A stretch of 64,000 nt of DNA from a virus: positions 1 to 64,000 of IMG/VR virus record IMGVR_UViG_3300042560_001229. The stretch is one strand, 5' to 3'. The first letter of the stretch is position 1. Each line of letters starts with the position of its first letter. The position numbers and the translations under genes are program-made. The notes beneath the pieces were generated by a model. It was not told the origin of the DNA. It worked only from the letters and a program-made list of their open reading frames with translations, and did not search any database. This document shows, piece after piece, positions 56,549 to 64,000 of the stretch.

Positions 56549-58177
56549 ATGAGCAAACCGCAGATTACATCGGCTCGACAGAGCTACATTGACCAGCTTG
56601 ACCTGCTCTCGGCAGCAGCCGTGGGTGTCGTGCTGACTCGCACCCGCGAACCGCACCGGGCCGAGGAAGCCATCAAGGAGTGGACGTTCACGAAGAAGCG
56701 TTCCTTCAAAAGCTGGAACGCCGTGCGCGGCTGGAAGGAGTCCAAGCCCGACATGCGTGCCACCGTGCCCCCGCCTGACAAGGTGACGGACTTCTACCTC
56801 GCCCTCCAGAAGATCGCTGATGTCGCCGGGAACGGTGCCGCAGCGTGGCAGGACATCACGCTTGTCGCCCACTACCCGCATTGGAATCTGGCCAAGTCTC
56901 CGGCGCAGATGCAGTTGCTCAAGGAATACAGCCGCGACTTCACGGAGACGAAGCAACGGCTCGTCCTGCTCGTGCCCGAGGCATTCGTCCTCCCGCCCGA
57001 GTTGCAGAACGACATCGCCGTGCTCGACTTCGGCCTCCCCTACCGGGACGAGTTGCGCGAGATTTACGATAACGTGATGGATGCGTCCAAGGAAGTCAGC
57101 GGGCACTCGGCACCCTATAACGAGGACGAGATTGGCACGCTGCTCGGTTCCGGTGCGGGCATGACCGAGGCCGAGTTTGAAATGGCTCTGAGCAAGGCGA
57201 TTCTCACCCATAAGGAGAAGTGGCCGAAGGTGCCGGTGAAGGACATGAACCGGGTGCTGCTCGAAGCGAAGACCGATGTGGTCAAGCGTTCGGAGATTCT
57301 CGAACTCATGGACATCGTGGATATGAAGGAAGTCGGCGGTCTGGACTTGGCGAAGGATTGGATTGCCAAGCGCAAGCGTTGCTTCACTCAGGAGGCCACC
57401 GACTTCGGAGTTGACCGTCCCAAGGGCATCGCCGCCATCGGGCCTCCCGGCACCGGCAAGAGCCTGTTCGCCAAGGCACTGGCTGGCCTGCTCTCAGTCC
57501 CTCTTATCAAGTTCGATGTGAGCAAGGTGTTCGGCTCGCTGGTGGGGCAGACGGAGACGAAAACGCATTCCGCCCTCATGCAATGCGATGCGATGGCCCC
57601 ATGCGTGGTGCTCATTGACGAAGTGGATAAGGCGGGCATTGACCCGAGGCAGGGCGGCGGTGACTCCGGCACCAGCAAACGGGTCATCGGGAAAATCCTG
57701 ACGCACATGCAGGAGAGCAAAGCACCGATCTTTTGGGTGCTCACTGCCAACCGCGTGGATGGGCTTCCGCCCGAGTTGCTCCGCAAGGGACGACTGGACG
57801 AAGTGTTCGCCATTCTTCCGCCGAACAAGGTGGAGCGCATGGAAATCGTTAAGATTCACCTTCGCAAGCGCAAGCAAGACCCGAGCAAGATGAAGGACTT
57901 GTCCTTGGTCGTGGACGCCAGCGAGGGCTTCGTCTCTGCGGAACTGGAAGGTGCCGTCAAGGACGCTGTGATTGAGGCGTTCACGGAGGGCACGGAAGTC
58001 ACCGGGGCCATGATCGCGGAACAGTTGAAGGGCATGAAGCCCATCAGCGTGGCCTTCGCCGACGACTTTAATGCGATGAAGGAGTGGGCTGCCAATAACG
58101 CACGCATGGCCAGCACGCAGGACGAAGTGGACGAGACTGTGCAATTCCGTCCCCGGCGTCGTAGGATGGAGCAGTAA
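56549..58177 (+). CDS. Ycf46-like AAA+ ATPase
   Basis: VGGLD..K.W, GPPGTGKS, IDEVDK, TAN..LPPELLRKGRLDE; degenerate N-terminal AAA. Confidence 0.9.
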   Translation: MSKPQITSARQSYIDQLDLLSAAAVGVVLTRTREPHRAEEAIKEWTFTKKRSFKSWNAVRGWKESKPDMRATVPPPDKVTDFYLALQKIADVAGNGAAAWQDITLVAHYPHWNLAKSPAQMQLLKEYSRDFTETKQRLVLLVPEAFVLPPELQNDIAVLDFGLPYRDELREIYDNVMDASKEVSGHSAPYNEDEIGTLLGSGAGMTEAEFEMALSKAILTHKEKWPKVPVKDMNRVLLEAKTDVVKRSEILELMDIVDMKEVGGLDLAKDWIAKRKRCFTQEATDFGVDRPKGIAAIGPPGTGKSLFAKALAGLLSVPLIKFDVSKVFGSLVGQTETKTHSALMQCDAMAPCVVLIDEVDKAGIDPRQGGGDSGTSKRVIGKILTHMQESKAPIFWVLTANRVDGLPPELLRKGRLDEVFAILPPNKVERMEIVKIHLRKRKQDPSKMKDLSLVVDASEGFVSAELEGAVKDAVIEAFTEGTEVTGAMIAEQLKGMKPISVAFADDFNAMKEWAANNARMASTQDEVDETVQFRPRRRRMEQ

Positions 58178-58256
58178 CAGTCGCCACAAATGACCACCAC
58201 GTTGCGAATGACCCTCTACCCATACCAATCCACCAGAATGAAAGGAGCAGCCCACC

Positions 58257-58880
58257 ATGCCACTGATTAGCACGATGACCGGAAGCGAAACCGTAGCCGA
58301 TGGCTTTGCCAAGGTGTTCGCCTTCCATGTAACCCGCGAGGCTGAGACTTTCATCGGCCAAGCAGCCAAGACGGGGGAGAAGGTTAGGGCGGTTGGCAGT
58401 CCCGTCAGGGAAAGCGCCGTGGCTGGCATCCGTCAGGAGATAGGAGGGTCTTGGGTGATGCAGTCGTTCGAGGTTGAGGACGATGAAATCATCAAGGTGT
58501 TTGCCCAGCGCAGGAACGCATGGAACAAGCTGATCGTGGCCGCGCAGCTTCTCCTGCTATGCCGCACCACCGGCCCGCTGACCCGCATCACCATCCCTCT
58601 ACTCAACCGTCCCGGCAAGAGCCGGTTCACGGAGGCGGTGATGCAGGGCCGGTTTGAAGTCGTCACCCCGCAGGAGGCGTTTGAGCGACATGGCATCACC
58701 GTCCCGCCGCACTTCATGCGGTTCTACCATCCGAGTTCGCAGCAGTCGGTGTTCAACGTCACGCAAGTCGAAGCGGCCAGTTCGGTGAAGCAGAAGATCG
58801 TGGCCACCATCACCAAGGCCGATGACGGAGCCACCGTGGTTGTCCGTTCGGTGAAACGTCGGAGGGCATTCGAGCTATGA
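58257..58880 (+). CDS. hypothetical protein, C-terminal KRRRAFEL tag
   Basis: 207-aa ORF. Confidence 0.75.
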   Translation: MPLISTMTGSETVADGFAKVFAFHVTREAETFIGQAAKTGEKVRAVGSPVRESAVAGIRQEIGGSWVMQSFEVEDDEIIKVFAQRRNAWNKLIVAAQLLLLCRTTGPLTRITIPLLNRPGKSRFTEAVMQGRFEVVTPQEAFERHGITVPPHFMRFYHPSSQQSVFNVTQVEAASSVKQKIVATITKADDGATVVVRSVKRRRAFEL

Positions 58881-59326
58881 GTCAGTCATCCGATAACAAG
58901 AAGTGGCGGCAGAACGTGCCATCAAACATCGGCATGTTGGGGCTGCTTGTTCCGCCGAAGGTCAAGACCAGTCTGCCGAAGCCTTACCAATACGAGGCAC
59001 CGATTGCTGCGGTGCAGGACATGGTGCGACAGTTGAAGATCGAGGAGAAATCTGATCGCAAGTTGCAGTGCTACCTTGTTGCCACCAAGCCAGTCAGCAA
59101 GGGTATCCGACTGACCATCTTCATGCTCGGCTATCAGCCCGGACTGTGTGGAGAGAGTGGGACTGGTGCAGGGTTGGATAAGTCTCAATGGGAGGCCATG
59201 ACCGGCACTGTGCGGATGATTCTGGAGCACGACTTGGGCAAGGTGCCTCTCTATGTCGAGCCGTGGCGCAAGGGGAAGAAGTTTCAAGCCCGCTTCGAGA
59301 CTTACATCAAATACTCAGAACTATGA
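58877..59326 (+). CDS. hypothetical protein
   Basis: ATGA overlap. Confidence 0.7.
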   Translation: MSQSSDNKKWRQNVPSNIGMLGLLVPPKVKTSLPKPYQYEAPIAAVQDMVRQLKIEEKSDRKLQCYLVATKPVSKGIRLTIFMLGYQPGLCGESGTGAGLDKSQWEAMTGTVRMILEHDLGKVPLYVEPWRKGKKFQARFETYIKYSEL

Positions 59327-59535
59327 CCACCCGCGACCAGTTTGTAGCCTACGTTGACCGGATGGATGCGCGGCAGCGGTTCTCGGACTTATACACCCGC
59401 CCCGTCGAGGAGTATCTCACCGAGTATTGTGGGTCGGCGCAGGAGGCTGAGGATGCTTCGGACGGCGAGAAGCAACTGTGGCAGAGCATCTGCAACGATT
59501 TGGGGCTTCCCTTCCCACCAGAGGACGAAGCATGA
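59323..59535 (+). CDS. small acidic hypothetical protein
   Basis: ATGA overlaps. Confidence 0.6.
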   Translation: MTTRDQFVAYVDRMDARQRFSDLYTRPVEEYLTEYCGSAQEAEDASDGEKQLWQSICNDLGLPFPPEDEA

Positions 59536-59840
59536 GCAAGAACCAAGTGCTTGTGCCGATGGAGACAATGTGCCCGACCTGCCCGTTCCGGCCCGAGGGC
59601 TATACCGAAGTTCGCAGCCTGCTGGTTGAACGTGCGACGAGCGAGGCGACACCCATCTGCCACTCGACCGGGGACACAGAGATTGTCCCTCCAGAAGATC
59701 GGCTGGACGCCAACCCAAGGGCGTGCCGGGGTGCGCGGAATCTGCAACTGCAACGCTTTGCCAAGATGGGGTTCATCACCGCCCCGACTGACGAGGCATG
59801 GTTTGCCAAGTGCAAGGAAATGGGACTCCCGACACCGTGA
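59532..59840 (+). CDS. DUF6283-like Cys/His protein (paralog 3)
   Basis: CPTCPF..PICH..CRGA. Confidence 0.7.
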   Translation: MSKNQVLVPMETMCPTCPFRPEGYTEVRSLLVERATSEATPICHSTGDTEIVPPEDRLDANPRACRGARNLQLQRFAKMGFITAPTDEAWFAKCKEMGLPTP

Positions 59841-59879
59841 CCTTTGAAACTGTTGCAAAATCTTTTTGAAAATTTCGGA

Positions 59880-59961
59880 TTGACCACGAATCAGTCATGG
59901 TCTAAGTTTCAGTTCACCGCAGCTACAACCCGCCCAACAGGGCACAGCAGAAACAGACAGT
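59880..59961 (+). promoter_or_regulatory. Conserved promoter + leader shared with 56475
   Basis: TTGACC-ACGAATCAGTCA, TAAGTT; leader TTCACCGCAGCTACAACC. Confidence 0.8.
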
Positions 59962-60402
59962 ATGAGTAAAACGACCACCATTAACAAAGTCCCGATTCGG
60001 GACATCGCCGCCCTGCATTCCGCAGCGACGGACTTGAAGAACGCCGGAGTGAATTGCTCCCTCGTTGCCAACACCGGATGCCGCCTCTGGTATTCGGAGC
60101 AGCAGTGCGCCTACGTGCTCAAGCTGCCTGACTGCCAGTTCGACCTTGGCATCGTCAAGAACGGGGATGGCACCTATTCCACCGTGACCGATCTGCACGC
60201 CGGTTTGGTGTCCCGGCAGATTGGGCAGACCGCCCCGCCGTCCTGTGGCTTCACGCCCGAGGAGTTGGCCATCGGCAAGTTCATGCAGGAGTATGGCAAG
60301 CACGCCGCCATCAATGCCGCAATGGAGGCAGGCCACCAAGTAAGCGGCTGCTACCTTGACGAGCAAGGCGAGTATCAGTTGGAACTCGAAGTCACCCTCT
60401 AA
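59962..60402 (+). CDS. DUF1257 (Ycf35)-like protein
   Basis: MS.TTTI..IRD..AL..A..DL; DLGIVKN.DGTY..D; QEY..A...G..V..G.Y.L. Confidence 0.65.
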   Translation: MSKTTTINKVPIRDIAALHSAATDLKNAGVNCSLVANTGCRLWYSEQQCAYVLKLPDCQFDLGIVKNGDGTYSTVTDLHAGLVSRQIGQTAPPSCGFTPEELAIGKFMQEYGKHAAINAAMEAGHQVSGCYLDEQGEYQLELEVTL

Positions 60403-60434
60403 CCGCAACACCGAACCAGAAAGAAACCACCAGT

Positions 60435-60632
60435 ATGCCGAAAATCCGAGTCACCATCAATAAAGTCGGGGGAGTCAAAGCCGAGGGCGAAGGGTTCGTC
60501 CAAGGCCAGTGCCATACGAGCATGGCTCCCATCCTCTCCGTGTTCAGCGGAGGCACCGGAATCCAAACGTCCGAGGAGAAGCCGGACTTGAACGTGCTGG
60601 ACGAAGGCGAGCACGAGCACATCGCCCTCTAG
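60435..60632 (+). CDS. DUF2997-like protein
   Basis: IRVTI.K.G.V..E.EGF..G.C..KPD. Confidence 0.65.
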   Translation: MPKIRVTINKVGGVKAEGEGFVQGQCHTSMAPILSVFSGGTGIQTSEEKPDLNVLDEGEHEHIAL

Positions 60633-60635
60633 GTC

Positions 60636-61007
60636 ATGGGAAAGCAACTCATTACCATTGGCGTAGGCGGGTCGTTGACCGGCCTGCAAATGAAGAAAGG
60701 CGCGGGGCTGGACTTACGGAAGTTCGGCCCCGCCGCCATCGTCCGCTCGACCGAAATCGAATGGGACGAGGAACAGCAAAAGTGGTTCGTCCACTTTCTC
60801 CAAGGGCAGCGCAAGGACACCGTGCTGACGCGCACTGACTTCCATGAGTATGTCGTCCCTCCTATCCACCAGACGGTAGGGGAGGCCAAGCTGAACGGAT
60901 GGAAGTGGCAGGATGCCATGCTCTACTCGGATTACGAGGATGCCGTCGCCGCCGAAGTCGCCGCCATTCAAGCCATGCGGAAGAAGCATGGGAAGGAGTT
61001 CGTATGA
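60636..61007 (+). CDS. hypothetical protein associated with DUF2997 locus
   Basis: DLRKFG.A.I.R.TEIEWDE..W..AVAAEV. Confidence 0.7.
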   Translation: MGKQLITIGVGGSLTGLQMKKGAGLDLRKFGPAAIVRSTEIEWDEEQQKWFVHFLQGQRKDTVLTRTDFHEYVVPPIHQTVGEAKLNGWKWQDAMLYSDYEDAVAAEVAAIQAMRKKHGKEFV

Positions 61008-61735
61008 GCGTGGAGTTCAAGACGCTCATGGGCACCACCATCCCAAGGGAAGCTGTGCCGATCTTTCTGTTCAAGGACGGCACGCACTGGTGCGCGGTGC
61101 GTCCTGACTTCATCAACTTGCATGAGAGCATCGCCGGATTCGGTGTCACGCAAGGTGAGGCTGTGATGAATCTGGAAAGTAACGAGGCCATCGCACCGAG
61201 AACGGTTGTGCAGCCTGACGGCTCGGCGCTGGGGGAGATTCCTCCGGTTGAGGATACCGGCCTGTTCGGCGGAGTCATTCCCGAAGGAGCCACTGACATC
61301 ACGCTAGAGCAGCAGGCCGTGCTGGACGCCATACTGCCGGAGCCACCTAACCCTGCCTACCGCACTACGGTTCGTATCGTTACCTCGATGGGGAGTCTTG
61401 CCTTGGACTATGACGGGCCGGTTCGGTTCCAGCACGGAGTCACCGATGCTGATGAAGGTGAGTTGCGAGCCATCCTGCAACCCGGCAGGCATGAGTTCGT
61501 GGTCATCACCCGGCCTTATGCTCCCGATGTCGAAGCTGAGGAAAAGCCCGACGCCGAGGGCTGGTATAACTTGCAGACCCAAAGCAAGATGCCGGAGCCT
61601 CGCGTGGCGGTGCAAGTCAAAGGGCACTTAGGGGATGACACGGTCGGCGTCACCTACTGGTCGCATAAAATGGGCGACTGGATGTGCAGCGGCGACCCGA
61701 CGCACTGGCGTCCCATTCCTCCAGAAAAAGTGTAG
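61004..61735 (+). CDS. hypothetical protein with C-terminal DUF551-like motif
   Basis: FKDGTHWCAV..FINL.ES.AGFG; PTHWRPIPP. Confidence 0.7.
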   Translation: MSVEFKTLMGTTIPREAVPIFLFKDGTHWCAVRPDFINLHESIAGFGVTQGEAVMNLESNEAIAPRTVVQPDGSALGEIPPVEDTGLFGGVIPEGATDITLEQQAVLDAILPEPPNPAYRTTVRIVTSMGSLALDYDGPVRFQHGVTDADEGELRAILQPGRHEFVVITRPYAPDVEAEEKPDAEGWYNLQTQSKMPEPRVAVQVKGHLGDDTVGVTYWSHKMGDWMCSGDPTHWRPIPPEKV

Positions 61736-61878
61736 CAGTGGGGAAACCGGAGAAGGGGTGTCACAGCCCCTTCTCCGCGTCCTTGCCCTCCAGACCACCC
61801 AACCCCCACCCGGCACCGGAAAACGATTCCTACGCCATCCTCAGCGCACCATTTTGATGAAATTCCACCCTTCCCACC

Positions 61879-62220
61879 ATGCCCATTCAAGAAAACGCCT
61901 GTGACTGTCCGCACTGCCGAGCCATGTGCCAGAGTCCCTGCATAGGGACGCCCGAGGACATCGCCCGATTGATTGCCGCAGGGCACCGGGACAAACTCGC
62001 TCCGACCCTCTACGCGCCGCTCCTCGACTACGGCGTTCCGCCTGTGAGCATGGTGGCTCCACTCAAGACTGAGAAGGGCTGTGTCTTTCGCACCGAGGAA
62101 GGTCTGTGTTCGTTGCACGCCAGCGGACTGAAACCGTTGGAGGGTAAGCTGGCCTCGTGCAAGCACACGCCCAAGGAATCCCTCATGGTCATCGCGGCAG
62201 TAACGAAGACATGGCTGTGA
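61879..62220 (+). CDS. YkgJ-like Cys-cluster protein
   Basis: CDCPHCRAMC..PC..CVF..GLCSLH..KP. Confidence 0.65.
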   Translation: MPIQENACDCPHCRAMCQSPCIGTPEDIARLIAAGHRDKLAPTLYAPLLDYGVPPVSMVAPLKTEKGCVFRTEEGLCSLHASGLKPLEGKLASCKHTPKESLMVIAAVTKTWL

Positions 62221-62253
62221 GCACACGCAATAGGGACGGTGAGAAAGTAGCCA

Positions 62254-62290
62254 TTGACAACGAAACGTCCTCTCTGATAGCGTCTTACCC
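62254..62290 (+). promoter_or_regulatory. Promoter variant
   Basis: TTGACA-ACGAAAC..TAGCGT; ATG 62291. Confidence 0.7.
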
Positions 62291-62632
62291 ATGAAGAAAG
62301 ACATCGAAAAGTATCTGATACCGGGCGACCGTCCGCTGGTCATCCTTCCCGAACTGGCTAGGGAGTTGGGTTTGGAGCAGGCGGTGGTTTTGCAACAGTT
62401 GCATTGGCTGCTGAGGGACGAGCGCAACGGCAAATTGCTGAAAGATGGGAAGCGGTGGGTGTTCAACACTTACGAGGATTGGGTGAAGAATTACTTCGTG
62501 TGGATGAGCGAGCGCACCCTCCGCAGAGTGTTCACAGAACTGGAGACGCTGGGTGCCATTGAGTCGTGCCAGCCCGAAGGTGGTATCTCCCGGCGCAAAT
62601 ACTACCGAATGCTGATAGGAGGAACGAAGTGA
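62291..62632 (+). CDS. phage replication initiator N-terminal winged-helix domain (short)
   Basis: LARELGLEQAVVLQQLHW..GKRWVFNTYEDW..SERTLRR..L..G. Confidence 0.8.
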   Translation: MKKDIEKYLIPGDRPLVILPELARELGLEQAVVLQQLHWLLRDERNGKLLKDGKRWVFNTYEDWVKNYFVWMSERTLRRVFTELETLGAIESCQPEGGISRRKYYRMLIGGTK

Positions 62633-62637
62633 GAAAC

Positions 62638-62708
62638 CATGTGGCCATTTTGGACGCATCCACCGGCCATCCTGACCGCTTCCTCATGCGGCCAATTTGG
62701 ACGGTTCC
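62638..62708 (+). repeat. iteron-like imperfect repeats (candidate ori)
   Basis: GGCCATTTTGGACGCATC, GGCCATCCTGACCGCTTC, GGCCAATTTGGACGGTTC. Confidence 0.55.
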
Positions 62709-62774
62709 TATAACAAGAAGGACTGCAAGCATCACCGACAAGAACTGCTCGCGCAGACGCGAGGTAGGAGGGCT

Positions 62775-63485
62775 ATGCTGAAAGTCTCGACCAAACCCAA
62801 GGCCACGGAGCCGCCCCCTACCATGAGCCTTGATGAACGGGTGGCAAGGGCCACGGAACGCTGTGACACCATCCGGCAGAAGAAGAAGCAGAAAGCCGCC
62901 GAGTCCGGTCTGTGCTCGGCGCGGGAGTTGCGGAAGCTGTGGCTTAGTGCTGGCGGTGCGACCGTGCTGCCGGTGACGACGCAGGACGCCATCATCCTTC
63001 ACCAAGAAATGAAACGCCACGCGGCGCGGAAGGAGAAAGTCGGGTTCATTGAACTGATGGAGTGGAGCATCGCCAACTGGCCGCTGATGATGGACGCGCA
63101 TTTTCACACCATGCAGAACCGGCCCGAGTTACCGGCCATCCGCTTTTTCGTGAAGTGCATCGGCAAGTTCCTGTTCGCTTACGATGAACGCGGCAGGCTG
63201 GAGCGCATGGCGAACATGACGACCCGCGAACGCATGGTGGACACCCTGATGCGGAGGAAGGGCATGACGCAGGCGGCAGCGGAGCGGGAGGTTGATGAAC
63301 GCCTTGGCCTGACCAAGCTGAAAGCCGAGATTGAAACCGAACGCCGGAAATTGCAACAGTTGCAAGACCGGCACCAGCAAACCAAAGAAACCGAAGAAAG
63401 AATCGCCATGATGAACCGAACCGTGCAGCGCAAGGAACTGCGAGCCGTGCAGGGTGTGGGAGGCACCTACGAGCAATGGACTTAG
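62775..63485 (+). CDS. hypothetical replication-region protein
   Basis: AGGAGG upstream; C-terminal coiled coil. Confidence 0.7.
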   Translation: MLKVSTKPKATEPPPTMSLDERVARATERCDTIRQKKKQKAAESGLCSARELRKLWLSAGGATVLPVTTQDAIILHQEMKRHAARKEKVGFIELMEWSIANWPLMMDAHFHTMQNRPELPAIRFFVKCIGKFLFAYDERGRLERMANMTTRERMVDTLMRRKGMTQAAAEREVDERLGLTKLKAEIETERRKLQQLQDRHQQTKETEERIAMMNRTVQRKELRAVQGVGGTYEQWT

Positions 63486-64000
63486 ACGACCCGCAAACCA
63501 AGGTGGTGAACGATGCGGTGGAGCAATCCATCCTCCGTGCCGGTATCCCGAAGCAGTTCGCCCGCAAGTCGGAGCAGTTGAGGAACTACGGACTGAGGGG
63601 CATGGCACTGGACGATATGTTTTCCTCCGGTGAAATGTCCACCCTCCTAGCCGGTGGCGGTGGCCTTTACTTCGAGGGTGACTCGCCGGAACTGTTTGCC
63701 CGCTTCCATCTGACTTGCCGGGGTGTGCTGCGGAGGCATCTGCCTTTGTCGGTGCTGTCCCTGCCCACCTTCCGTCAGGTGGTCTGCGGAAAGAACTACG
63801 ACGAAACGATTTCGAGGGTGGTGGTGCTGGCCATTGGCGGGTTTTACGACAAGACCTACAAGCAACCGTTCTCCGAGGAAGACCTGTTCACGATGGGTTG
63901 GTATCTGCGCGAGTGGGTCATGTCCGGCAAGGCGCTGATACTCCAAGGCTCCCTGCCATTGGGCCGCTGCGATTGGTGGTCGGACTCACTTTTGCAACTG
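63476..64000 (+). CDS. DnaC/IstB-like helicase loader, degenerate P-loop (runs off window)
   Basis: ILRAGIPKQF, GLYFEGDS (no GKT), VLAIGG; open to the window end. Confidence 0.5.
   Translation, partial: MDLDDPQTKVVNDAVEQSILRAGIPKQFARKSEQLRNYGLRGMALDDMFSSGEMSTLLAGGGGLYFEGDSPELFARFHLTCRGVLRRHLPLSVLSLPTFRQVVCGKNYDETISRVVVLAIGGFYDKTYKQPFSEEDLFTMGWYLREWVMSGKALILQGSLPLGRCDWWSDSLLQL

Larger units (their letters stand above)
1..64000 (+). mobile_element. Tailed bacteriophage genome segment (HK97-type head, siphovirus-like tail)
   Basis: Terminase, portal, protease, MCP, head-tail, TAC frameshift, tape measure and lysis genes; dense co-oriented ORFs with ATGA overlaps; no host housekeeping operons. 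Confidence 0.97.

Noticed and set aside
283-64000. Palindrome copies as a CRISPR array or IS ends
   Set aside because: Dispersed kilobases apart with no regular spacers, cas genes, transposase or target duplications
1-64000. Integrase/att site or diversity-generating retroelement
   Set aside because: No recombinase or reverse transcriptase motifs and no TR/VR pair seen; the only tyrosine-catalytic enzyme is Topo IB
1-64000. Apparent enrichment of CCTAC/GTAGG
   Set aside because: Could be codon-driven; cannot be counted reliably by eye
1-64000. Host assignment (PVC/Verrucomicrobia suspected from SD-poor TTATG starts and diderm lysis genes)
   Set aside because: Suggestive only; needs homology or spacer evidence

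Overview
A 64-kb segment of a tailed dsDNA phage (HK97-type head, non-contractile tail with a 726-aa tape measure). Essentially all credible genes are on the + strand, and no integrase, CRISPR array or rRNA is seen. Structural genes (TerS/TerL, portal, MuF, prohead protease, MCP, neck/tail, lysis) are interleaved with blocks of small early-type genes. Those blocks are driven by about 17 near-identical sigma70-like promoters, most of which predict leaderless mRNAs. Most notable features: (1) a terminase-linked ParB-like + 2 TAGT-like glycosyltransferase + 2 UDP-galactopyranose mutase operon, a candidate furanose DNA-hypermodification system; (2) about 29 copies of a 15-bp palindrome TTG(C/A)AAC(A/T)GTTGCAA at promoters, gene junctions and inside CDSs in all three frames; (3) a shared basic C-terminal tag (R/K-rich-L-E-hydrophobic-stop) on at least 8 proteins, alongside a Ycf46-type AAA/DUF1257/DUF2997 module; (4) a structured ncRNA locus with two interlocked tRNA-Ala/tmRNA-like ends; (5) a polyvalent MuF-GNAT-kinase-ART protein and a repeat-tagged topoisomerase IB in the head cluster. 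All family assignments are from motif recognition by eye, not from database searches.
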